This document shows positions 49,657 to 57,462 of a DNA stretch of 64,000 nucleotides, one piece after another. The stretch's first letter is position 1; each line of letters opens with the position of its first letter. Under the pieces are notes generated by a model. It did not search any database. It had not been told where the DNA came from and saw nothing but the letters and a program-made list of their open reading frames with translations. The DNA lies in assembly GCA_002376885.1 (NCBI GenBank), contig DFOW01000004.1:1018-65017 (forward strand), written 5' to 3'. The DNA is from Patescibacteria group bacterium UBA3531 (GTDB lineage Bacteria; Patescibacteriota; Minisyncoccia; Phycocordibacterales; UBA3531). The position numbers and the translations under genes are program-made.

Positions 49657-49682
49657 AATATATGAATATATGTTCATATATT
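49657..49682. promoter_or_regulatory. ArsR/SmtB-type operator overlapping the arsR promoter
   Basis: AATATATGAA-tatatg-TTCATATATT palindrome with the TGAA..TTCA core; TTGACA at 49705-49700 on the minus strand. Confidence 0.7.
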
Positions 49683-49703
49683 AACAATAAAGCAATGGGT
49701 GTC

Positions 49704-49753
49704 AACCCTGTTAAATAAGCACAACAGTGCTTGCCCTCGGTATTTAACAGGTT
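49704..49753. repeat. Short inverted-repeat element related to family A
   Basis: AACCCTGTTAAATA...TATTTAACAGGTT. Confidence 0.55.
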
Positions 49754-49766
49754 CAAATGTGGAAAA

Positions 49767-50213
49767 CTATTTATAAAAAATAGTTATTTCGTGGGCGTCA
49801 TCAAGCTCTCGTAAATCTGATGGGTTGTCTTTTTGTAAAATGAGTGTCCCCCGCTCTCCGTATTCTGGCCTTTCAAATTCTATTGTCGCTTCAAATGGCA
49901 CAAAATCAGTTGTCATCCAACTCCCTTGTGCGGTTGCAAAGTGTTCAGCAATAATCCTTCCATCCCAATCAGTAAGTATTATCGGGAAGCTCGCCTCAAA
50001 AAACCAAGGACCAACTGCCTCCCCTTTTATAACAAGCGGGCTTGTGATTTCGTCTCCTGATTTGGGAGTAGTAACACGAATTAATTCGTGTTCAGTTACT
50101 TCAAACGTTCTTTCTGAATGTTTATTTGCCTCTTCATAGTATGCCACTCCCACAATAAGAAGGAGCACTATAAAAAGTACTATCCAATAGTTATCCATTA
50201 AATTAAACATCAA
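49767..50213 (-). CDS. Gmad2 immunoglobulin-like domain protein
   Basis: TM, then ITSPLVIKGEAVGPWFFEASFP...KDNPS. Start uncertain. Confidence 0.82.
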   Translation of the reverse strand: MMFNLMDNYWIVLFIVLLLIVGVAYYEEANKHSERTFEVTEHELIRVTTPKSGDEITSPLVIKGEAVGPWFFEASFPIILTDWDGRIIAEHFATAQGSWMTTDFVPFEATIEFERPEYGERGTLILQKDNPSDLRELDDAHEITIFYK

Positions 50214-50221
50214 GTGTATAG

Positions 50222-50671
50222 CTAACCCTCATCTTCTGAGCAAATTATATCTTTGGTTTTCTCTCCATTATTATCTTCTCCCCAAACAGTATACCTCCAC
50301 CACGTCGGTATAAATCGAATAAAATACATGCCTGGTTCGTCTTTGTATGTCTCTGCCTCTTTGATTTTACCAAAGTGGATATTTTGCACCTCAAGAAGAT
50401 CTTCTTTGCCCACCACTTGAGCAGTTCCATCCAGTTGAAGAGTTTTCATCTCATGTTCAGAGAAACCAATTACCACTGTTGCTGGAATTTCTCCTCCTTC
50501 CAACAATGCCTCGCTTTTTCTGTAAGCCTTTTCTGTAAAAAAATAAATTTCGGATACATCGTCTTTTGACGACATGTGTAGTGTCGCCCCGTGGGGGTTG
50601 CCGTCTTTCCTTAACACAGAAAAAACTGCCACCCTACTGTTTTTTACAAAGTTCTCTATCTCCTTTTTCAT
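50222..50671 (-). CDS. Pyridoxamine 5'-phosphate oxidase-like FMN-binding protein
   Basis: VAVFSV...GNPHGA...YFFT...RK...TLQLDGTA. Confidence 0.75.
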   Translation of the reverse strand: MKKEIENFVKNSRVAVFSVLRKDGNPHGATLHMSSKDDVSEIYFFTEKAYRKSEALLEGGEIPATVVIGFSEHEMKTLQLDGTAQVVGKEDLLEVQNIHFGKIKEAETYKDEPGMYFIRFIPTWWRYTVWGEDNNGEKTKDIICSEDEG

Positions 50672-50674
50672 GAC

Positions 50675-52732
50675 TTAAATATCTAAGTTAGCGAGCTTTG
50701 CATTGTTTTGGATAAAGCTCTTGCGAGGACCAACTTCGTTACCCATCAAAATATCAAAGATTTTATCTGCCTCCACAGCGTCATCAATGGTCACTTGTTT
50801 AAGCACTCTGTTTTCTGGATTCATACTGGTCTCCCACAGCTCTTGCGCATTCATTTCTCCAAGTCCCTTGTATCGCTGTACTGAAATCTTAGGAGTACGC
50901 TTTTTAGTTTTTGCTTCTTTCTCTTTTTCTTCGGTTTCTTCTCCTTCACTTCCCTCTTCATCAGAATCAGTTGGGTCCTCATCTACCGGCATTTCATCTC
51001 CTGCAACTTCAATTTTTTGGTCTTCAGTATAAGCATAGGTAACCTCTTTCCCCTTCTTGATTTTATAGAGTGGTGGTTGCGCCACATATACATTCCCTGC
51101 CTCAATAAGTGGTTTAAAGTATCGGTAAAACAATGTCAAAAGAAGGGTTCGAATATGAGAACCATCAACGTCGGCGTCGGTTGCGATAATAATTTTGTGA
51201 TATCGAAGCTTTGAAATATCAAACGTGTCTCCAATAGCAGAACCAAGAGCAATTACCATTGATTTAATCTCTTTGTTTGCAAGCATTTTATCGATTCGTG
51301 CTCGTTCAACGTTCAAAGGTTTACCACGAAGTGGTAAGATCGCTTGGGTTCGCCTGTCGCGCCCTTGTTTTGCGGTACCACCAGCAGAGTCTCCCTCTAC
51401 AATAAAGAGCTCTGCCTCTTCTGCTTTTCGTGTTTGGCAATCCGCCAACTTCCCTGGCAAGGTCATCCCTTCAAGAGCACCCTTTCTAAGAACACTATCC
51501 TTGGCCGCTTTAGCAGCTTTGCGTGCAGAGAGTGCCAAGTTTGCCTTTGAAATGATTGCTTTTGCGTCATCAGGATGTTCTTCCAAAAAGCTTGAGAAGG
51601 TTTCTCCCATAAGGGCTTCTACAGCACTCCTGGCCTCTACGTTTCCAAGTTTTGCTTTTGTTTGTCCTTCAAATTGTGCATCTGTAAGTTTTACCGAAAC
51701 AACAGCTGTGATTCCTTCGCGCACATCATCTCCTGAAAACGTTTCTCCATTTTTAAGAAGATTGTTCTTTTTTCCGTAATCATTGATGGCGCGAGTCAGT
51801 GCTGTTCTGAACCCAGTAATATGAGTTCCTCCTTCTGGAGTTGAAGTATTGTTTGCAAAACCAATCTCTTTTACCGAAAGATCGTCAACGTACTGAAGTG
51901 CAATCTCGATAATCATTCCATTCACTTCTTTTTCTACATAAAAAATGTTTTTATGAATCGGCTTTTCGTGAACATTGTAAAACTGAACAAGCGACAAAAG
52001 TCCGCCCTCAAAGTAAAAGGTTTGCGATGGAACCGGAAGTTTGAGGTCATTTATAAAAAAGGCTTCGTTAAAGTCTGCTTTGCCGGCATAGTTTCGTGCA
52101 TCAATAACACGAATACGGAGACCCTTGGTAAGGTAGGCCTGCTCTCGCATTCGGTTAACGATTTTATCGAAGCTGTAAACGGTTTCAGAAAAAATTTCTG
52201 CATCCGCCTTAAAGGTAACAATGGTCCCTGTCTTTTTTGAAGTTCCGAGTTTTTTAACAGCGGCTTTCTTTTTACCTCGTTTGTATTCTTGAACGTACCG
52301 TCCGCCATCTCGGTGCACCTCGGCACGCGTCCATTCAGAAAGCGCATTTACTACCGACGCACCCACACCATGGAGTCCTCCTGAGATCTTATACCCAGAG
52401 TCATCAAACTTTCCTCCCGCATGGAGTGTTGTCATCACCGTCTCAAGTGCAGAAACGCCTGTTCGTTTATGCTTTGCCACGGGAATACCAGCACCATTAT
52501 CTACCACCCGAACAACTTCTCCTGGCAAAAGGGCAACCTCAATTTGGTCAGCTGTTCCTGCCATTGCCTCGTCTCTTGAGTTATCAAAAATCTCAATTAA
52601 AAGGTGGTGGAGACCTTCGGGACCCGTAGAACCAATATACATTCCCGGTCGTTTTCTAACCGGCTCAAGACCCTCAAGAACTACAATATTCTCGGCGTCG
52701 TAATTTCGTGATTTAGCGCTTTGTTTAGCCAT
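50675..52732 (-). CDS. gyrB: Type IIA topoisomerase subunit B (GyrB/ParE)
   Basis: VRKRPGMYIG, GGLHGVGASVVNALS, VEGDSAGG, TDADVDG, RYKGLGEM. Confidence 0.93.
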   Translation of the reverse strand: MAKQSAKSRNYDAENIVVLEGLEPVRKRPGMYIGSTGPEGLHHLLIEIFDNSRDEAMAGTADQIEVALLPGEVVRVVDNGAGIPVAKHKRTGVSALETVMTTLHAGGKFDDSGYKISGGLHGVGASVVNALSEWTRAEVHRDGGRYVQEYKRGKKKAAVKKLGTSKKTGTIVTFKADAEIFSETVYSFDKIVNRMREQAYLTKGLRIRVIDARNYAGKADFNEAFFINDLKLPVPSQTFYFEGGLLSLVQFYNVHEKPIHKNIFYVEKEVNGMIIEIALQYVDDLSVKEIGFANNTSTPEGGTHITGFRTALTRAINDYGKKNNLLKNGETFSGDDVREGITAVVSVKLTDAQFEGQTKAKLGNVEARSAVEALMGETFSSFLEEHPDDAKAIISKANLALSARKAAKAAKDSVLRKGALEGMTLPGKLADCQTRKAEEAELFIVEGDSAGGTAKQGRDRRTQAILPLRGKPLNVERARIDKMLANKEIKSMVIALGSAIGDTFDISKLRYHKIIIATDADVDGSHIRTLLLTLFYRYFKPLIEAGNVYVAQPPLYKIKKGKEVTYAYTEDQKIEVAGDEMPVDEDPTDSDEEGSEGEETEEKEKEAKTKKRTPKISVQRYKGLGEMNAQELWETSMNPENRVLKQVTIDDAVEADKIFDILMGNEVGPRKSFIQNNAKLANLDI

Positions 52733-52823
52733 ATTTACCTGAATATCTTAGCATATTTTCTAGCAAAAATCCACCTTATTTCAGGTGGATTTTTGGGGGT
52801 AAAATAAGGAGATTTTAGGGGAT

Positions 52824-53978
52824 CTATTCTCTTAGTTCCCCACCGAAGTCACTCTTCGTCATTTCTTCAATTTCTTCGTGAACTTTATTCACTTCTTCGT
52901 TAGTAAGAGTTCTATCCAAATGTCTGTAGATAATTCGAAAAGTGTAACTTGTTTTTCCTTTGCCAAACTTTTCTTCGTTTTCGTATTTATCGGTTTGGTC
53001 CATTTCCTCAATCATGTCTTCTGCAACATCGCGAACCGAATCAAAATAATCATTTAAAACAAAATCTTCTCCGACAATAAATGAAATGTCTCGCAACACT
53101 GGTGGAAATTTAGAAACTTCTTGATACGTTTGTCCAAGTTTGAGTTGGCGTTTTACTCGAGCGTCTGGCGACCATAAAAGTCTAATGTCAGGGAGCTTCA
53201 TAGAAGCGATGGCGAGTCGTTCAAGACCAAACCCAAACGCCCAGCCGTTGTAGCCTTCTAACTTCAGATTCTTTAATACGCTCTTGCGAGGGAGTCCTGA
53301 ACCAAGCATCTCTACCCACTCACCGTTAATAAATGCCTCCATCTCAAAACTTGGATCAGTGTAGGGGAAGGTGTCATCGTTAAACCTAATTTTTGTCTCT
53401 GCCCCAAAAATACTTTTTGCAATATCAGAAAGCACCTCTTTTAATTGGTCCCCCGTAACGGTTTCTTTTTCATCAGGAGCCAAGTAGAGTCCCCCCATTT
53501 GATGGAAGACATTCATGTGTTGTCGGTCAATCTCATCCTTCCGGTACACCTTTCCAAAACAAAGTGCTCCAAATGATTCTTTATTTTTTATCTTTTCTTG
53601 AATTTCTGGCTGATTGAAGTAGTAATACCAAAATACCGTATCGTGTGTCCGCAAAACATTTGCCTCATCCACATAGTACGTATCAGACTTGCTTCGAGAC
53701 GGATGCCCTGGAGGCATGTTAAAGAGATCAAATAAAATATCTACCGGGACAATCTCGGGGATCTTAATAACATCAAAACCCTTAAGACCCTCTACGGTTA
53801 AGGTTCGTTTTACAATTTCATTTAAAGGATTCCCTTCTGTCCGAGAAAGATCCGGCATAGAAAGGAACCGTTTAAGGCGTGCTGAATCGGGATCGTCCCT
53901 ACCTTCAAGCTCTTTTTTTAGCTCTGTTTCTTTGGGAGTCTCTACAAGAATTGTGTCTAAGCTGGTGTCTTCTTTCAT
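52824..53978 (-). CDS. pheS: Single-chain phenylalanine--tRNA ligase: alpha catalytic domain plus FDX-ACB domain
   Basis: LRTH, GKVYRKDEID..H..VFHQ, FPYTDPSFE, GWAFGFGLERLA, then SKFPPVLRDISF...YRHLDRTLTNEEVN. Confidence 0.92.
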   Translation of the reverse strand: MKEDTSLDTILVETPKETELKKELEGRDDPDSARLKRFLSMPDLSRTEGNPLNEIVKRTLTVEGLKGFDVIKIPEIVPVDILFDLFNMPPGHPSRSKSDTYYVDEANVLRTHDTVFWYYYFNQPEIQEKIKNKESFGALCFGKVYRKDEIDRQHMNVFHQMGGLYLAPDEKETVTGDQLKEVLSDIAKSIFGAETKIRFNDDTFPYTDPSFEMEAFINGEWVEMLGSGLPRKSVLKNLKLEGYNGWAFGFGLERLAIASMKLPDIRLLWSPDARVKRQLKLGQTYQEVSKFPPVLRDISFIVGEDFVLNDYFDSVRDVAEDMIEEMDQTDKYENEEKFGKGKTSYTFRIIYRHLDRTLTNEEVNKVHEEIEEMTKSDFGGELRE

Positions 53979-54032
53979 GGTTGCATCACCAAGTATAGCT
54001 AAAAATGCCTAGGTGACAAGACTAAAAAAGAC

Positions 54033-54446
54033 TTAGAAGTTTTGGATTGAAATATTCCAATCTTTTGATTTTTTGAAGAGGTCAGTACCTTTAATTATAT
54101 AGACCACATCAAATTGCTGTTTTCTTTTTGGGTAGTTTTGAAACTCAATAACAAAGTATTTCAATATCTCCTTTAAAGGAATCTCCAGAGTGATGAGTGA
54201 GCCGTGCTCCTTTTTGGCATATGATTTGGCAATCTCTTCTCTATCAGTAAAATACTGCCGCGTAAACGGTTGGATCTTAAACATTTTGGTCACAATACTG
54301 TTTAAATCTTCTGGGTAGGAAAGATCTCCTTGGGCCCTCCGTCTTAAAATCTCAAGCCATCCTTCATTAAACTTTTCCTCAACTTCTTTATCTTTATGGG
54401 TAAATTCACTTGATTTTATGCCCCTATAAAGTTTTAGTGTTTCCAT
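54033..54446 (-). CDS. Hypothetical protein with ADP-ribosyltransferase-like motifs
   Basis: LKLYRG at the N-terminus and YFTDREEIAKSYA; fold assignment tentative. Confidence 0.5.
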   Translation of the reverse strand: METLKLYRGIKSSEFTHKDKEVEEKFNEGWLEILRRRAQGDLSYPEDLNSIVTKMFKIQPFTRQYFTDREEIAKSYAKKEHGSLITLEIPLKEILKYFVIEFQNYPKRKQQFDVVYIIKGTDLFKKSKDWNISIQNF

Positions 54447-54448
54447 GA

Positions 54449-54970
54449 CTACTCTGGCACATTAATAATCTCTATACCTCTAGGCAGGCTACTTTTAATT
54501 CTCTCATATACTTCAGAACTCAAGACAGACACACCACCTAAAAACCCCTCGTTCTGTTCTTCTATAAGGAGAATCGCATCGCTAATCTCTTGTGCAACTT
54601 CTTCCTCCTTCAAACCAACGGTTCCAGCCGCAAGTAATGGGAAAACAATACTTTTATATCCATCCGCAATAGCCATCTCCAGAGCTTTTACTGTCGTTTG
54701 TTGCACCTCAGGCAAAGAAAGTTTTGCCTTGGTCTGCCAGTTTATTGTTGGTATATGATAAATAGCTTTAGCTTTGAGATTGCCTGGACCAGAAGAAAAA
54801 ACTTCACCAATAGCTCCTGGAGAATTTTTTTGAACTTCCTGAAAAACCTTTTTACCTGCTTTCTTTTCAATCCATCGCGCTAAACCACCCCCAGGTGTAA
54901 AATCCGCATCAGATGCGTTTACGATCACATCGACAGGAGCATTAGTAATATCCCCGACATATATTTTCAT
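54449..54970 (-). CDS. Macrodomain (ADP-ribose-binding) protein
   Basis: GDIT...VDVIVNAS...GGGLA..I...AG, IYHIP, SIVFPLLAAG. Start at ATG 54970. Confidence 0.88.
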   Translation of the reverse strand: MKIYVGDITNAPVDVIVNASDADFTPGGGLARWIEKKAGKKVFQEVQKNSPGAIGEVFSSGPGNLKAKAIYHIPTINWQTKAKLSLPEVQQTTVKALEMAIADGYKSIVFPLLAAGTVGLKEEEVAQEISDAILLIEEQNEGFLGGVSVLSSEVYERIKSSLPRGIEIINVPE

Positions 54971-54971
54971 G

Positions 54972-55044
54972 AGCCACCCGTCGGACTCGAACCGACGACC
55001 CACGCTTTACAAAAGCGTTGCTCTACCAACTGAGCTAGGGTGGC
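54972..55044 (-). tRNA. tRNA-Thr(UGU), CCA not encoded
   Basis: GCCACCC TAGCTCAGTTGGTAGAGCA ACGCT TT-TGT-AA AGCGT GGGTC GTCGG TTCGAGT CCGAC GGGTGGC T. Confidence 0.93.
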
Positions 55045-55642
55045 ATGTTTTTTTATATTCCTCAATCCATCCGTTAATAATCGTCAACAGCTCTTTGTCG
55101 GAATATCTGAGTGAAAGAGTACCATATTGTGCAGAGGTTTTATAGGTCCCCCTTCCTCCCTTATGGACATATGGCTTACTAAATTGAGACATCGGAATCC
55201 CTGTTATTTTTGACCAAAATTTTGTTACTTTCTCTTTATTGTGTTCTGGATACAAATGGATAAGTGCTCTTAGCCGACCTTCTGAAACGCCACAGACATT
55301 CCTAAGAAACTGCAAGAAGACCTGAATCATTTGTGGATCACTATTACTAAAAACTACTCCGTTTCCCTTTTTCGTACCCTCACCCCAATAAAGCATTACA
55401 CCAGCAATCCTAATTTCTTCTAGCTTTCTTCCTCTTTTTGTTTTTATTGTAAAAGAACCTTTTTTGTGTTTTGTTGTGTTTAGATATCGTATTGCCTCAC
55501 TTCTATCTCGCCGTTTAACACCAGCGCTATCAAGTAGACTCCTTACTTTCCAAACTTTTATATTTGTAAGATCTGAAATTTGTTTAACAGAGAGTTTTTT
55601 CTGTACGTACAAAAACTCAATCTTTTTTTCTAGATGCGCCAT
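55007..55642 (-). CDS. HTH plus LAGLIDADG-like endonuclease domain protein
   Basis: N-terminal HTH-like segment, then AGVMLYWGEG and FSNSDPQMIQVFLQFL. The ORF ends inside tRNA-Thr. Confidence 0.75.
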   Translation of the reverse strand: MAHLEKKIEFLYVQKKLSVKQISDLTNIKVWKVRSLLDSAGVKRRDRSEAIRYLNTTKHKKGSFTIKTKRGRKLEEIRIAGVMLYWGEGTKKGNGVVFSNSDPQMIQVFLQFLRNVCGVSEGRLRALIHLYPEHNKEKVTKFWSKITGIPMSQFSKPYVHKGGRGTYKTSAQYGTLSLRYSDKELLTIINGWIEEYKKTCHPSSVGRATLL

Positions 55643-55684
55643 GGTGAAACAATAGCACACCTATTGTTAGTAAACAATTCTACC

Positions 55685-56083
55685 CTATTCTACAATGTGC
55701 CCTGTACCATTCTTTTTTGCATCTTCCTTATGAACAGATATATTCTTCATGTAAAGAGACGCGGCTTGGCGACGTCGTGATACATCACCTTTGCCGTCAA
55801 TATAATGTACAAGTGTTGTATGGTGTTTGGCAAGAGTCCTTCGCAAGGCTCGATACCCATGCACAATATTTACCAAAAGTACCCGCAAAAAGTGGAAGAA
55901 CCCTTTTTTTGATTGATGCGCTGCATAATCACCAAGATCAAGAAGAAAGTGTTTTGTTGTCTCAACAAGTGAATGCGTTCTCTCCTCTTCTTCATGTGCG
56001 CGTCTTGCACGGGCAATAAGTACGATCGTCATACCAAGAAGAGCGCCCCATACAAGTGATCCAAAAACTATAAGAGCAGTCAT
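55685..56083 (-). CDS. Membrane-anchored hypothetical protein
   Basis: N-terminal TM followed by a basic helical domain. Confidence 0.6.
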   Translation of the reverse strand: MTALIVFGSLVWGALLGMTIVLIARARRAHEEEERTHSLVETTKHFLLDLGDYAAHQSKKGFFHFLRVLLVNIVHGYRALRRTLAKHHTTLVHYIDGKGDVSRRRQAASLYMKNISVHKEDAKKNGTGHIVE

Positions 56084-56108
56084 AAGTACCTTTTAGTATA
56101 CAGGAGTA

Positions 56109-56567
56109 TTAGCGGCCTGTGATTGAGAACCGTGTAAAGTTTCCAACTTCTGTTCGTTCACCAAACTTTTGTGTTGCAGTTTGAATAAGGTCGTCGATAG
56201 TATGAGAAGGATCTTTTACAAAATCACTTTTTACAAGCGTATCTTTATCTGCTGGATTCATGGCAGCAACATGCATTGCAATGTCGTATGCCAACTGTTT
56301 AAATTCTTCGTTTTTTGCAACAAAGTCAGTCTCACACAAAAGCTCTACAATAGCTCCAATGTCGCCATCTCCATGGATATATGCTTGAACAACACCAGAG
56401 TTTAGGTCTCTTCCTGACTTCTTTTCTTTAACGTGAGTCCCTGTTGTTTTTAGAACCTCCATGGCTTTGGCCATGTCTCCTCCCGCTTCCTCAAGAGCTT
56501 TTTTACATTGCATGACAGAAATGCCTGTCTTCTCTCGAAGCTCTTTTACTTGATCGGTTGTGATCAT
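56109..56567 (-). CDS. tsf: Elongation factor Ts, short form
   Basis: VKELREKTG...CKKAL, ELLCETDFVAKN; follows rpsB. Confidence 0.93.
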   Translation of the reverse strand: MITTDQVKELREKTGISVMQCKKALEEAGGDMAKAMEVLKTTGTHVKEKKSGRDLNSGVVQAYIHGDGDIGAIVELLCETDFVAKNEEFKQLAYDIAMHVAAMNPADKDTLVKSDFVKDPSHTIDDLIQTATQKFGERTEVGNFTRFSITGR

Positions 56568-56633
56568 CCCAATAAAAATTCTTAAATGCTAATTAAATTC
56601 GACTATCTTTTTGTCCCGTGGAATTTTAACGGG
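56568..56633 (-). repeat. Inverted-repeat element A3 abutting the tsf start codon
   Basis: CCCAATAAAAATTC...GTCCCGTGGAATTTTAACGGG. Confidence 0.8.
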
Positions 56634-56643
56634 ACAAGTAGTA

Positions 56644-57339
56644 CTATTCCTTTCCTTCTTTATATGCGTTTTTAATTCTCTCAACAAAAAATTCAATACT
56701 CTTTAGCGAAGCATCATTTGCAACAATTGGATACGTGATTTTTCTGATGTCGCAATCTGAACCAGAAAGCGATACCACTGGTACTCCCATTTTTACTGCT
56801 TCGGTTACCGCAATGTCTTCCTCTTTTGAATCAACAACAAAAAGTGCATCCGGGGTTTTGTCGATTCCTTCGACGCCTCCAAATTTCCGTTCAAGGTCAC
56901 CCATTTCTTTTGCAATTACTCCTTGTTCTTTTTTAGTGTATTTATCAAGTCCTCCTTCTGCCTTTTCTTTTTTGAGTTCGGTGAGACGTTCAATTCTTTT
57001 TCGTACTTCGGTGAAGTTTGTAAGGAGTCCTCCAATCCATCGTTCGGAAACATATGGGGCTTGCGCCTCCTTTGCGGCGGCTTCGATAATCCCTTTTGCT
57101 TCGGGTTTTGTTCCTACAAACAAAAGAGTCTTTCCTGATTCTGCAAGACCTTTTACAAATTTTTCTGCCTCTCCTAAAAGATCCTCAGTCTTTTTAAGGT
57201 CTAATACGTCAAGATTGTGCTTTTTTCCAAAGACAAAGTCCTTTACTGATGCGTGGCGTCTTGCACGAGTAAAAGCAAGGTGAGCCCCCGCTTCAAACAT
57301 TTCGTCTACGGTTGTGCTATCTGATAGTTTTTCTGCCAT
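56644..57339 (-). CDS. rpsB: 30S ribosomal protein S2
   Basis: MFEAGAH, LFVGTK, RWIGGLLTN, PIVANDAS. Confidence 0.95.
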   Translation of the reverse strand: MAEKLSDSTTVDEMFEAGAHLAFTRARRHASVKDFVFGKKHNLDVLDLKKTEDLLGEAEKFVKGLAESGKTLLFVGTKPEAKGIIEAAAKEAQAPYVSERWIGGLLTNFTEVRKRIERLTELKKEKAEGGLDKYTKKEQGVIAKEMGDLERKFGGVEGIDKTPDALFVVDSKEEDIAVTEAVKMGVPVVSLSGSDCDIRKITYPIVANDASLKSIEFFVERIKNAYKEGKE

Positions 57340-57351
57340 ATGTCTTTATTT

Positions 57352-57377
57352 AAACCCGTAAGAGATCCCTACGGGTT
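57352..57377 (-). promoter_or_regulatory. Hairpin in the rpsB 5' leader
   Basis: AACCCGTA/TACGGGTT stem between promoter TTGCAT-17-TATCAT and the ATG; possibly autoregulatory (inference). Confidence 0.4.
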
Positions 57378-57462
57378 GCAGAAAGAATGATAGCAAAAGC
57401 CCCCAAAATATGCAATATAGACTTGTTTTGGGCTATTTTTGTTAGGTTTTAAGAACCTGCCG

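Noticed and set aside
56109-56567. Short EF-Ts as a pseudogene
   Set aside because: The N-terminal domain and TDFV motif are intact; short EF-Ts forms are known.
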